This document shows positions 18,041-29,600 of a stretch of 64,000 bases of DNA, piece after piece. Numbering within the stretch: position 1 is the first letter of the stretch; the number at the start of each line of letters is the position of its first letter. Below the pieces are notes generated by a model. That model had not been told where the DNA came from. It worked only from the letters and a program-made list of their open reading frames with translations, and did not search any database. Both the position numbers and the translations under genes were made by a program. The DNA comes from an uncultured Acidimicrobiia bacterium (lineage in GTDB: Bacteria > Acidobacteriota > Terriglobia > Versatilivoradales > Versatilivoraceae): the NCBI GenBank assembly GCA_963786955.1, contig CAWBAT010000009.1, forward strand, positions 288,001-352,000, written 5' to 3'.

Positions 18041-21000
18041 CTAGAACTCCAGGCGGAGCTGAAAAGCGATCATGCGTGGGGAGCTGTCGCCGCCGAGGCC
18101 GACACCCAGCAACCCAGTCGGCGGCGCCGTTGTATAGGTGAGCGCTCCAAATCCAGTTTGGGTGGACCGATTCCCCGGGACACCGGCGTACCCAAGAACG
18201 GGTAGACCAAAATTGGCGTGATTCAAAACATTGAAAAACTGCACGTCGAAGCGCAACCTGGTGCGCTCTTTTACTGTAAACCACTTCGTTAGATAGAAAT
18301 CGCTTGTGACAAAGCCAGGGCCGCGCAGTGCGTTCCGACCCAGATTGCCAAACTGGCAGTTCTCTGGCGTGTCGCCCCCCACACAAGCGCCGGTGCTGGG
18401 ATCAATGGCTGAAACGAAAGCGTCTGGATTCAGCCACTGGACTGTCCCAGGTTGCGTCACTCCCGCAATATCTTGATGAGTATAAATCGGAACGCCCGGA
18501 ACAACACTGGCGTACTGGGGGCCACTGCCTTGGACAATCCCGTTTCCATTAGCGGTGTAGGGAGCGCTTAGAACTGAAAAAGGAATCCCGCTGCGTCGAA
18601 AAACGGAACCCGATACCTGCCAACCGTTAGCCACGGCGCCCAGGACGTGGTTTCGCAATCTAACGGGTAACTCATAAACGTATTGTAGCGTGAAGTTGTG
18701 ACGGACATCATAGTCGCAAGGACCGTATTGGCGGCCAAGTAGGCCAGGCAGAGGCGACAGGATGCCTCCCGCGGAAAATGGAAGGAATCCTCCATTCGAG
18801 ACGGTGTCCAGGCAGTGGCTCCAAGTGTAGTTTGCCTGCACCTGGAGTCCATGGGATAGCCGTTTGTCGGCCGTTAACTGTAAACCGTTGTAGTGGCTGT
18901 TTGCCCCCGTATTGAGCTGTGTCACCTCCCCAAAGCGAGGGTCCATAGACTTGCCGTAAGGAAACGGCGCAAAGCAGCCCTCACACACCGTCTGATAACC
19001 GTTCACCTGGGTTTGGTAGGGCTGGTTCACCGCGCGCGTACCGACATACTGCGCCCGCAAATTGATTGTCGAGCCGATCTGATGTTCCACACCAAGACTC
19101 CATTGCATGTTATAGGGCGCCCGTAATGTGCCATCCGGAACCGCCGTGATGGATATCGGTTGAAGACAAGTAAGGGGGTTGGCAAGCGGGGATGCGCAGG
19201 AGAGTTGGCCTTGTGCAAAGCCAGACGTGAAAGTCTGGTTGGCGACGACGGTTGCATCCACCGCGCTATCCGGGACTCCTGGAGCGATCGCGGACCCGCC
19301 CACGTTTCCCAGGAGACCACCCTCAAAGGTTCTGGAATAGGGAGGATTCGCGCCCACCAGGTCCACCACGCTTCCGGGCAGAATGTCGCTGAACAGCCCA
19401 AACCCAGTCCGTAACACCGTCCTTGGCGCCACTTGCCATGCAATGGCCATTCTCGGTTGGAGGATGACGAAGGGTGTCGCTGCGAAAACCGTAGCCAAAT
19501 TGGTATCAATCGCTTCGTTGAGGGGCTGGTTGACGTCATGGGAAATGGAATCGAAAGAGCCGGGAAGGCGTGCCACGGCATTGTGCGGATTGATCGGGTT
19601 GGAGTTGTGGGTTGCGCGAATTCCAAATGTCCAAGTCAAGGCTCGGGTCACCTTCCAGGTGTCCTGCGCATAGAGGTCCAAGTTGAGGAAGTTGTAGGGC
19701 TGGGAATCGGCCAAAGGGAAGGTTTTCGAGGCGGTGGACGCGACTCCGTAAATGAATTGTGGCAGGGTCGTATAGTGGACCGATGGAACCGCTCCTTGCC
19801 CAAAGTCATAGTCATTCAGACGGAGGATCCTGGTGTTCGTTCCAAACCGCAGTTCGTGCGCACCGACACTCCACGCTAAATTGTCATTGATAAAAAATCG
19901 AGTGGCTCGCCTGCCCTGCACCCAAGTATTGTTGAGTCCTCCAATGGTTGTAAACGGCGCATTCGCGCCGCTGCCCTGGAGCACGATGGGGAAAGCGTCC
20001 AGAGTCTTTTGAAAATCACTTGGACCGAATAGGCTTTCGTACCAGGAAAAGGCAGGATTGAAGTAGTTCACCAGCCTTGGCGAAAACACATGGGTATAGC
20101 CAGATGCAAACGAGTAGAGGGGTTGGGGAGATATGGCGTTAAAGAGCGGATTGAGAGGGTCTGTGTAGGCAGCCTGCAGCCCGCCGTCATGCTGAAAACG
20201 GAACCAGACGGTGTCGTTCTCATTGAGATTGTAGTCGAAGCGGACGGTCTGGACCTGCTCGGAATCGGAGCTGGATTGTGAGATGCTCTGGCGATTGGCA
20301 CAGCCATCCCCACTCGGTGGGTTGCCGCTTGCCGGGTTGCCGTTGCTGTTGAACGGACACCCCAGAACAGTGAGCGGACTTCCTTCCGTGCTCTTGTAGA
20401 GCCCAAACATCTTCTGATAAAGCGGAACCGATTGCGGCGAGGGCTGATACGTTGATCCTGTGACGGAGTCCGTGCCGCCCTGCCGGAGTTGCTGCAAAAC
20501 GTAATTCTGGAACGCCGGAGTAGGAACCGTCGTGGCCGAGACGATGGGAAGTGCAATACGAACCCACTCAGCATCAAAGAAAAAGAAGAGCTTGTTGGAC
20601 TTGATCGGTCCTCCCAGGCTCCCTCCAAAGTGGTTCACCGTTGAACGCGGCTTGTGACCGCCAGGTGTTGAGTTGGTGAAGAAGTTTGCGGCATTGAACC
20701 TTGAACCATTCCAAAGCTCATAAAGGTTTCCATGAAACTGATTCGTGCCGGATTTGGTCACATAGTTCACCTGGGAAGCACCGTAGCGCCCCTGGTCCAC
20801 CGCATACGAAAGCGTGTTTACCGTCATCTCTGCAATGGAATTCAAGCCAAGAACGAGGTTCGTGGAAAGACCGCTATTCAGATTAGTGAGTGGGTCGTTC
20901 GTCTCCAATCCGTCGACGATATAGCCATTCGACAGCGAAGACAGGCCATTGAACTGCACATTCCCATAACCGTTTGTACCTCCGACGAAATCATTCCCGC

Positions 21001-21538
21001 TCCCCGCCGTATTCATCAACGCCCCAGGAGCGAACTGAATGGGATAGGTCATATCTCCCCCAGGGTTCGGAAGGCTTTCGATCAAACGGGCATTGAGGGT
21101 CGTGGAGGTATTCGGGTTCTGCGGGTTGATGAGCGTTGCGTCTTCCGTCACCGTGACCTCGTGGTTCGCCGTTGCAATCTTCAGCGTAAAATCGACCGCT
21201 TGCTTTTGGCCGAGACCCGCCAGAACCGAATCATTCGCCTGAGATTCAAACAGCAGCTTCTCCACCTTCACCGAATACGGACCGGGCTTCAGTTGTGGGA
21301 AGTTAAATCGACCTGCCTCGTCCGTTTTCACGGAACGCTTGAGGCCATTATCCGTGCTGGTAATCGTCACCGTGGCCCCGGCAATCGCGTCACCACTCGG
21401 ATCGCTTACCGAACCTACGATGGCACTGGTTGTTTCACCCTGTCCCCAAAGCAAATCAGGGGACAAGGCTGAAATAGCCAACACAACCCCTATTAGTATT
21501 TGCCACGACAGGGGAGGCCCCTTCAGTACCAATTTCAT
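18041..21538 (-). CDS. TonB-dependent receptor (Oar-like, N-terminal carboxypeptidase-regulatory-like domain)
   Basis: Signal peptide, IVGSVSDPSG, TKSGTNQFHG, LYAQDTWKV, QFFNVLNHANF, C-terminal QLRLEF. Confidence 0.93.
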   Translation of the reverse strand: MKLVLKGPPLSWQILIGVVLAISALSPDLLWGQGETTSAIVGSVSDPSGDAIAGATVTITSTDNGLKRSVKTDEAGRFNFPQLKPGPYSVKVEKLLFESQANDSVLAGLGQKQAVDFTLKIATANHEVTVTEDATLINPQNPNTSTTLNARLIESLPNPGGDMTYPIQFAPGALMNTAGSGNDFVGGTNGYGNVQFNGLSSLSNGYIVDGLETNDPLTNLNSGLSTNLVLGLNSIAEMTVNTLSYAVDQGRYGASQVNYVTKSGTNQFHGNLYELWNGSRFNAANFFTNSTPGGHKPRSTVNHFGGSLGGPIKSNKLFFFFDAEWVRIALPIVSATTVPTPAFQNYVLQQLRQGGTDSVTGSTYQPSPQSVPLYQKMFGLYKSTEGSPLTVLGCPFNSNGNPASGNPPSGDGCANRQSISQSSSDSEQVQTVRFDYNLNENDTVWFRFQHDGGLQAAYTDPLNPLFNAISPQPLYSFASGYTHVFSPRLVNYFNPAFSWYESLFGPSDFQKTLDAFPIVLQGSGANAPFTTIGGLNNTWVQGRRATRFFINDNLAWSVGAHELRFGTNTRILRLNDYDFGQGAVPSVHYTTLPQFIYGVASTASKTFPLADSQPYNFLNLDLYAQDTWKVTRALTWTFGIRATHNSNPINPHNAVARLPGSFDSISHDVNQPLNEAIDTNLATVFAATPFVILQPRMAIAWQVAPRTVLRTGFGLFSDILPGSVVDLVGANPPYSRTFEGGLLGNVGGSAIAPGVPDSAVDATVVANQTFTSGFAQGQLSCASPLANPLTCLQPISITAVPDGTLRAPYNMQWSLGVEHQIGSTINLRAQYVGTRAVNQPYQTQVNGYQTVCEGCFAPFPYGKSMDPRFGEVTQLNTGANSHYNGLQLTADKRLSHGLQVQANYTWSHCLDTVSNGGFLPFSAGGILSPLPGLLGRQYGPCDYDVRHNFTLQYVYELPVRLRNHVLGAVANGWQVSGSVFRRSGIPFSVLSAPYTANGNGIVQGSGPQYASVVPGVPIYTHQDIAGVTQPGTVQWLNPDAFVSAIDPSTGACVGGDTPENCQFGNLGRNALRGPGFVTSDFYLTKWFTVKERTRLRFDVQFFNVLNHANFGLPVLGYAGVPGNRSTQTGFGALTYTTAPPTGLLGVGLGGDSSPRMIAFQLRLEF

Positions 21539-21577
21539 TTCTCTTCTCCGCGCGGTGTTGGCATGTCGTAATAAATA

Positions 21578-21593
21578 TTTAGATAAATCTAAA
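21578..21593. promoter_or_regulatory. Putative DtxR/MntR operator upstream of the TonB receptor
   Basis: Perfect palindrome TTTAGAT-AA-ATCTAAA, 40 bp upstream of the start codon. Confidence 0.7.
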
Positions 21594-21843
21594 ATAAAGT
21601 CAAATACTATTTAATTATTTTGCATGATCCCGCGTTCAACGCTTTTGATGCCATGGGTGTCGGTTCTGTTCGAAATGGACTAGGGCCCAGACTTTTCATT
21701 AAACAAACCCTATGAGGAGAGAGCTGATGCCTCTTGGGGTATCGAAGAGTTCGAGGACCGAAGACTAATTTAGGGAATGGATCGGGTTTGCTGGCCTCAC
21801 TGCAGGGGACTATTACTCATTTTTTTATTGTCATGGAAAAATT

Positions 21844-21870
21844 ATTCGATTATTCTAAAATATATTTAGA
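21844..21870. promoter_or_regulatory. Second related operator upstream of mntR
   Basis: ATTCGATTATTCTAAA (12/16 to the first box) overlapping TCTAAA-ATATA-TTTAGA. Confidence 0.55.
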
Positions 21871-21897
21871 GCATGTTCGCATGCTCAGGGAGGAACT

Positions 21898-22707
21898 GTG
21901 ATCTCCAGCACCGTGGAAGATTACCTGAAAGCATTGCTGAAGATGGAGGACAGCGATGTAAAGGCCAGCACATCCAATGTGGCCCGACGTCTGTCGGTGA
22001 CGGATGCTTCGGTGACCGACATGCTCCGGAAATTGCAGAAGGCCGGCCTGCTCGCCTATAAACCGTACTATGGCGCTGCGCTGACAACCGAAGGACGCCT
22101 GCAAGCGTTGAGAATCATCCGGCGACACCGGTTAATCGAGTTGTTTCTTCATCAGATCATGGGCTATGGCTGGGACCAGGTCCACGAGGAAGCCGAAAAG
22201 CTGGAACACGTAGTTTCCGACTTCTTTGTTGACCGTGCCGATGCCCTGCTGGGCTATCCCGAAAAAGATCCTCACGGCGAAATCATTCCCGACGCTCACG
22301 GCTTTCGAAACCTTGAAGAAGAAGTCTGTCTGGCCATTGCGGAACTCGGGGATTACACTATCCGGAAAATCACTAATGACAACCCGGATTTCTTGAACTA
22401 TCTGGAGAAGGAATCGCTGGTCCCGGGGACATCTATTACTCTGCTTGAAAAAGCACCCTTTCAAGGTCCCCTGAAACTGATGCTCTCCGGTAGGACTACA
22501 CCTCATTACATTGGGCTCGAAGCGGCGAAGAATATTTTCGTTTCTGCCGATAGACCCGGTGGGAGTCCGAAACGATTGGCGGCCCGTGGGCCCGATCGTG
22601 CGCTTGGACCCTTATCGAAGCGTTTCCTATCGGGATCTCCTGGCCCGGAGCAAAACACGCCCGAAATTCATCCAAGAAGGGGCAAGAGAAAAAGGGGGGC
22701 CCGTTAA
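21898..22707 (+). CDS. mntR: DtxR/MntR family metal-dependent repressor with FeoA-like domain
   Basis: EDYLKAL, RRHRLIELFL, VHEEAEKLEH, DPHGEIIP; lies upstream of an Nramp gene. Confidence 0.9.
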   Translation: MISSTVEDYLKALLKMEDSDVKASTSNVARRLSVTDASVTDMLRKLQKAGLLAYKPYYGAALTTEGRLQALRIIRRHRLIELFLHQIMGYGWDQVHEEAEKLEHVVSDFFVDRADALLGYPEKDPHGEIIPDAHGFRNLEEEVCLAIAELGDYTIRKITNDNPDFLNYLEKESLVPGTSITLLEKAPFQGPLKLMLSGRTTPHYIGLEAAKNIFVSADRPGGSPKRLAARGPDRALGPLSKRFLSGSPGPEQNTPEIHPRRGKRKRGAR

Positions 22708-22849
22708 ACGGGGAGTCACCAGGCTCATTGAGATCGATGGAGTAGATCCTTGAACCATCGTAACTGGACTGGTGGATGCACGACTCAAAACAACAAACTC
22801 TCGAGCCCCCGAGAGAACAACTTCTGAATATGTTTAGGGCATTTGCAAA

Positions 22850-23722
22850 ATGAGACCCTCTGCTCTCTGGTTAGATAACATTAGAACATGGTTAAAAGTC
22901 CCTCTTTTGAAACTCGGGGATTCATCCATTACGCTATGGAATATCCTGACATTATTCATTCTGCTTTTTCTGATCCTCTTCATTGCCGGGAAAATTCGTT
23001 CCTGGCTCGTCAATCATCTACTTTCGAGGACCAAGCTAGATCATGGCGGCCGGCAGGCGGTCGGAGCAATCACACGCTATGTGATCATTTTCATCGGGTT
23101 TCTTGTCATTCTGCAGACGATGAAGATCAATCTCACCACGCTGAATGTGATCGCCGGTACGCTAGGAATAGGAATTGGGTTCGGACTGCAAAATGTGGCC
23201 AGCAACTTTATCAGTGGATTGATCATCCTGTTGGAGCGCCCCATCAAAATTGGAGACCGGATTGAAGTCGGGAAGATCGAAGGCGATGTCATCGAAATCG
23301 GAGCACGGAGTACAACCGTCGTCACAAACGACAATATTGCCATCATTGTTCCGAATTCCAAATTTATCACCGAAAATGTAGTGAATTGGATGTACACCGG
23401 CGCCAGGGTCCGCTTCCGAGTTCCTATCATTGTAGCTTATGGGAGTGATGTTCGACTCGTGGAAAAGTTGCTCCTGGAGGTCGCGCAGGAAAACCCGGAT
23501 GTCCTGCTCGACCCGCTGCCCGTCGTGCGTTTTTTAGAATTTGGCGACAATGGAATGCTTTTTGAATTGCGCCCCTGGAGCACCAGCCTCGTCCATCGCA
23601 AAGGGAAGTTGATTAGCTCCATTAATTTCGCTATTCACGACAAATTCAAAGAGCATCACATCGAAACTCCCTTTCCGCAGCGGGTCCTCCACATCCGGCG
23701 GGATGCCAATGAATCTTTCTAA
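22850..23722 (+). CDS. MscS family mechanosensitive channel
   Basis: [42 protein letters not shown]. Confidence 0.93.
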   Translation: MRPSALWLDNIRTWLKVPLLKLGDSSITLWNILTLFILLFLILFIAGKIRSWLVNHLLSRTKLDHGGRQAVGAITRYVIIFIGFLVILQTMKINLTTLNVIAGTLGIGIGFGLQNVASNFISGLIILLERPIKIGDRIEVGKIEGDVIEIGARSTTVVTNDNIAIIVPNSKFITENVVNWMYTGARVRFRVPIIVAYGSDVRLVEKLLLEVAQENPDVLLDPLPVVRFLEFGDNGMLFELRPWSTSLVHRKGKLISSINFAIHDKFKEHHIETPFPQRVLHIRRDANESF

Positions 23723-25074
23723 ACAGCCTAATTCTAATCCCGATCCATCGCTCGGAGGGCGCCTTGCGCAAGGGACACCCAGCCTACCCGAGGTCTATCG
23801 AAGCATCGAAGTTCCACATACCTTGGGTGTATGGCGGAAGATGCTGATTTTCGCGGGTCCGGGCTATATGGTCGCCGTCGGCTATATGGATCCTGGGAAT
23901 TGGGCGACTGACCTGGCGGCCGGAGCCCGTTTTAACTATGACTCTGCTCTCGGTGGTTCTGATCTCGAATGTGATGGCCATTTTGCTGCAAGCGCTGGCA
24001 GTTAAGCTCGGCGTCGTCACAGGACGCGACCTGGCGCAGGCCTGCCGCGACTATTACAGCCGCCCCGTGGCCATCTTCTTATGGGTGTTATGCGAGATTG
24101 CCATCGCAGCCTGTGACTTGGCGGAAGTGATTGGTTCAGCCATTGCATTGAATCTGCTGTTCCATGTGCCGATGCTCTGGGGAGTCTCACTTACGGCGCT
24201 GGATGTGCTCGCCGTTCTCTACCTGCAGCAGAAAGGATTCCGCTACATCGAGGCCTTTGTTATTGCGTTGATCGGGGTGATCGCGACTTGTTTTGCCGTG
24301 GAAATCTTCTTCTCAGGCCCGAGCTTACCTGGCATCTTGCGAGGCTTTGTCCCTTCCACCGAAATCCTCCGGAATCCGGGAATGCTCTATATTGCCATTG
24401 GAATTCTGGGGGCCACTGTGATGCCACACAATCTCTACCTCCATTCTTCGATCGTGCAGACCAGAAATTATGCCCCTACGATCAAAGGGCAGCGTGAAGC
24501 CATCCGTTACGCCACGCTGGACTCTACGGTGGCCCTCATGTTTGCGCTCTTCATCAACGCTTCCATCCTCATCATGTCAGCGGCAGCTTTTCACCATACC
24601 GGCCATCAGGATGTGGCCGGGATTGAAGATGCTTATCAGTTGCTTTCTCCCTTGCTGGGAAACGTCCTGGCAAGTATCCTGTTTGCGGTGGCGTTGCTAT
24701 GCTCCGGCCAAAATTCAACATTGACGGGAACTCTGGCCGGGCAAATTGTGATGGAAGGGTTTCTCAATATCCGTCTTCGCCCCTGGCTGCGGCGCCTCAT
24801 TACACGCTTGTTGGCCATCGTACCCGCAATTGTCTGCATTGCTCTGTATGGCTCGCAAGGAATGACGCAGCTCTTGATTTTTAGCCAGGTGATCCTGAGT
24901 TTGCAGCTTTCTTTTGCTGTCTTCCCGCTTGTCCAATTCACCAGCGACCGCACCAAGATGCATGAATTTGTAAACCCGATCTGGCTAAAATTACTTTCGT
25001 GGGGAGTAGCGATAGTCATTGCCGTACTGAATGGATGGCTCTTGATTCAGACGGTGAGAGAATGGGCAAATTAA
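23703..25074 (+). CDS. mntH: Nramp Mn2+ transporter (1-bp frameshift near 23940)
   Basis: [19 protein letters not shown] in one frame; [13 protein letters not shown] and [12 protein letters not shown] in the next. Confidence 0.92.
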
Positions 25075-25114
25075 GTCTGAAGGAATCGAGCGCCGCTTCG
25101 AGTGATTCGGTAAA

Positions 25115-25540
25115 ATGTATCATAAAATTCTCATTACTGTAGAGAACTCACCAAACGACCAGGTGATCCTCAAACATGTCCAAGACCTGGTGGCCTTGAC
25201 GGGCGCGCAACTTCTTTTGGTTTATGTCGCGCATGGCTGGGCCGCCAGGCATTATGATCGCTTGAGGCTTCGCGAGTCAGACGAAATGCGGGATTGTCGG
25301 ATGTATTTGAGCCGCCTCTGCTCGGAGCTAAAAGAAAAAGGGGCAAAGGCCGATTATGTGCTGGCTTATGGAGAGCCCTCCGATGAGATCATCCGCATCG
25401 CCCGGGAGCAAGATGTCGACTTGATCGCCATGACCACTCATGGCCACCGCTTTATCTCCGATCTGCTTTACGGGAGTGTTTCCCATGAAGTGCGGCACGC
25501 CGTGGACATTCCTGTCCTTCTCCTCAGAGCCAAAAAATAG
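25115..25540 (+). CDS. Universal stress protein
   Basis: MYHKIL..., DLIAMTTHGH, GSVSHEVRH, PVLLLR. Confidence 0.9.
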   Translation: MYHKILITVENSPNDQVILKHVQDLVALTGAQLLLVYVAHGWAARHYDRLRLRESDEMRDCRMYLSRLCSELKEKGAKADYVLAYGEPSDEIIRIAREQDVDLIAMTTHGHRFISDLLYGSVSHEVRHAVDIPVLLLRAKK

Positions 25541-25655
25541 AAATACTTTGGTGATTATCCAAAAACCTGTAAAATTTCAAAAGGTGGAGCAGTCCTAACG
25601 CCTGAGCACTGAGCACGTTCATCTGTGACCCGAAGTGTTTTGGGGAGTTACGTAG

Positions 25656-26657
25656 GTGTCGCAACCGATGGTCAAGGTACGATTTTGGTTTCTGGTTTTC
25701 TTTTTGGTGGCTTTTGCCTGGGAGCCCAGGCAAATTTCCGCCGGGCCCAAGCACGTCGATACAGATCATATTGGGCAGCGAAACATTAATGCAGGTCAAA
25801 TCAATCTCTATTCGATTGATAAAGAGATTGCCATAGGCAAGCAACTGTCCCTGGAGGTCGAGCAATCCAGTCGTATTTTAGACGACCCTGAGGTGACGGA
25901 ATATATCAATCGGTTGGGGCAGAACATCGTCCGGAATTCCGATTCCCAAGTGCCCTTTTTGATCAAGGTCATCGACTCCGATGAGGTGAATGCTTTTGCA
26001 TTGCCCGGCGGTTTCTTTTATGTCAATACGGGATTAATTCTGGCGGCCCAGGAAGAGTCGGAACTCGCTGGGGTCATGGCGCACGAAATCGCCCATGTCG
26101 CGGCTCGTCATGCCACGGAACAATTCTCCAAAGGGCGACTATTTAACCTTGCCTCGATTCCCTTAGTCTTTGTCGGCGGTCCGATTGGGTTTGGAATCCA
26201 GCAAGCCATGAGCCTGTTAGTCCCTCTACAGTTTTTGCAATTCAGCCGGGGTTCCGAACGGGAAGCGGATTTCTTGGGGCTTCAGTACATGTACAAGACC
26301 GGGTACGATCCGCTGTCGTTTGTTTCTTTTTTTGAAAAAGTATCTGCCCAGGAAAAGAAGAAGCCGGGACTATTATCTCGAGCTTTTTCGACACATCCCA
26401 TGACCAAAGACCGGATTTCTCTGGCGCAGAAAGAGATCCAGGAGCTTCTACCGGTTCACGAGCAATATGTGTTAAGCACCTCAGAATTCGATCATGTTAA
26501 GGCTCATTTACGCGAACATAACAACTCACGTAACGACGTGAGTGAGGGTTCTGACAGTCGCCCAAAACTGAAAAGAAAGGCGCAGACTTCGGAAGAGACC
26601 AGTGAGGGAGAACAACCCCCAGCTGACGACGTTCCGAAGTTGACCCGGCACCCATGA
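25656..26657 (+). CDS. M48 family metallopeptidase
   Basis: VNAFALPGG, AGVMAHEIAHV, SEREAD, STHP. Confidence 0.92.
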   Translation: MSQPMVKVRFWFLVFFLVAFAWEPRQISAGPKHVDTDHIGQRNINAGQINLYSIDKEIAIGKQLSLEVEQSSRILDDPEVTEYINRLGQNIVRNSDSQVPFLIKVIDSDEVNAFALPGGFFYVNTGLILAAQEESELAGVMAHEIAHVAARHATEQFSKGRLFNLASIPLVFVGGPIGFGIQQAMSLLVPLQFLQFSRGSEREADFLGLQYMYKTGYDPLSFVSFFEKVSAQEKKKPGLLSRAFSTHPMTKDRISLAQKEIQELLPVHEQYVLSTSEFDHVKAHLREHNNSRNDVSEGSDSRPKLKRKAQTSEETSEGEQPPADDVPKLTRHP

Positions 26658-29600
26658 TTTGTCGATTGCTGCTGTTTTGCCTGCTGTGGCCTGTAATCAC
26701 TTCCTCCCTTCAGGCCCGCCCTCCTCAACCTCTACAACAAAAAGGACATTCCTTTTGTGGCACTTACCCGGATCGTCTTGAGCACGACCTGCGGAAATAC
26801 AAAGATTTGCGTCTATTGCGGACGGCCCGTTCCAAGCGGATGGCTTTGGCTACTGTCGGTGGCTCAATGGAGGACATCGATAATATCGCAGTCATCGAAG
26901 ATGACGGTACGATTGTGACTCCTTTCAATTTCTTTGACTTAAAGGGGAAAGCTGTACGGTTCACTCCTGTGGCCGCAGCGGGAAGCTACCGTGTGTCCAT
27001 TCGCCAGGCAGATCTCAATCCGGATTTTGGCAACAAGCTGAGCTTAATCGATGACGATACCCGAGAGTTTGTTTTCAGTGGAACGTTGCACTTCCCTTAT
27101 TTCGGAGTCATTTACTCAAGTGTTTTTATAAGTTCAGATGGGAATGTAACCTTCTTTCGAGGAGACTCCGATTTTACGGAGAGGGACTTGTCGCATCTGA
27201 ATAGTGGGCCTCCCCGAATCGCTCCCCTCCTGGTAGACCTGGATCCAACCGTCGGGCAGGGCGCAGTCTTTGTAAATCAACTCCCGGACCGGGTTATGAT
27301 TACCTGGAACGCGGTCCGTGAGTGGAACACCTTTCGGGAGAACACTTTTCAACTTAGCTTGTTTCCGGATGGAAATTTTGAGTTTGTTTTTGGTCAGATT
27401 TCCGCCTCAAAGGGAATCACAGGATTCTCGGCTGGAAGTGATCTACAGCCGCTCGATATTCTGGATATCAGTAAGGAGCAAGGGGCGGTGGTCACCGGTT
27501 CTGTGGCAGAGCGGTTTTCATTGCAAACAGAATTAGACCTTACCGCAGTCAGTAAAAACTTTTATAAAACTCATTCCGATTCTTATGACCAATTGGTCAT
27601 GTACACAAACTTCTCCTGGGAACTTGGAAATAACGCCTTTGCCTTTGAACAAAATATCAAGAACGAAACTCGGGGAATTGGTTTGGGCCTCATCGATGCA
27701 AGCAGCCAGTTTGGGAGTTCCGGCAACCTTGAAAGTTTTCTGGCGATGAATCAGCTGGCCGCTTATCCGGACGACCCTGACAAGATTTTTTTGGGAACCA
27801 ATTCAGCCGTGAATTTGCTAGCCCATGAATCAGGCCACCGCTGGATGGCATACGTTCATCTGGGGCCCAACAAGCTGACAAGCCTGCTCGGGCGGGACAA
27901 TGAACATTGGAGTTTCTACTTTAATACCCAAGCTTCCGTCATGGAAGGGAACGAGATTCGAGACAACGGGGATGGGAGCTTTACAACCACGGCGGCTACG
28001 ACTCGATATAGTGCCCTGGATCAATATCTCATGGGTTTCCTGGATCCTGCCGGCTTCGAATCAATGTTTTATGTGACCAATATCTCCGGCACATTCCAAA
28101 ATGCCTCAAGTCCTCCTGCCGTCGGGGTTACATTTCGAGGAACGCGACAGAATTTCACCATTGATGACATCATTGCAGCCGAGGGCCCACGAATCCCAGA
28201 CGCCAGCCTGGCTCCAAAAATCCTACGCCAAGCATTCATTCTCGTTATTCCACAGGGCACGACGGCTCCCCAGTCTGATATTGACAAGCTTTCCCGAATC
28301 CGCCGTCGTTGGCAGCAATTTTATTTTGATGCGACGAACGGTCGAGGAACCGTCGAAACAACAATCAATGCGGTTCCGCTCATTCCTTCGATCACTGGCA
28401 TCTCTCCAACTTATGGATCGACACTGGGGAATACGGTTCTTTCGATCACGGGACTGAATTTTCAGCCGGGCCTGGCCGTCAAAATTGGAACGGCATCAGC
28501 AACTCATGTGGTTTACATCAACTCATCTCTCATCAAAGCCACGACTCCCGCCGGTCTCCCAGGGTCGGTATCTGTTTCAGTATCCAATCCGGATGGGGCG
28601 CCAGTCGTTCAGTCCAGTGCGTTCACCTACCTCACATTTGGACCACCTCGAGTCTCGTCGAATGCGCTTCGGATCCCCATTGCGATAGATAATTTGACCT
28701 ACCGCTCAAACCTGGGAGTGAACAATCCGAATTCGGGCCCTGCAAACGTTCAGGTCAAAGAATTGGATAGCAATGGATTATTATTGAGGCAATCACCTTT
28801 TTTTACTGTTCCTGCCTACGGGTACTTTCAAAAGAACAGCATTTTGAGAGAGTTGGAGGGAGTCTCGTCGATGACGGGTCGAGAAGGCTCTTTGGTTCTT
28901 GAATCGGATCAGCCTATAGAAGGTTACGTCTCTTTGATTGACAATGTCACAGATGACCCAAGCATTTTGGATGGAACGCGCTCCGGTGCAAGCCAATTGA
29001 TCCTGCTTTCTTCGGCTAACACCGGCCCATTTCAGTCGAATCTTTCCGTTGTCAATCTCTCCCCGATATCAACGAATGTGACGATTACTTCTTTGAATCG
29101 AGAGACCGGACAACCCCAAGGAGTCCCCTTAAAGAATATCGGTGTGGCCCCCTATGGCTTCGTCACCTTTCAAAATATTCTAGAAGCCCTTTCCATATCG
29201 GAAAACTTTGGCCCCATAGAAATTCACTCAGACAATGGGGCACTGCTTACGGCGACCTCGCAGGTCTCTGGAATGAATAAGGGCACCGGCGGGTTTTTTC
29301 CTTCGTTGCCCAGGAATTCGGGCTCGATGACTGAATTCATTCCATTCGTCGTCGATACGGAAACTTATCGGACGAATCTTGGGCTAAACAATTTGGGCTC
29401 GGAGGTCGCTGAAATCCAAATTAGCCTGATGGGGGAAGATGGCCATTTGATCGCCTCAAACGCTTCGCCAATTTTGGTTCCGCCCCTGGGGCTCCTGCAA
29501 ATCAACAACGTGATCCGTTCTCTGGTCAGTCAGTCCAGTGACCCAGCAAGGTCGCTGAGACAAGGATATCTCAAGATCAGTTCGAACACTCCGATCAAAG

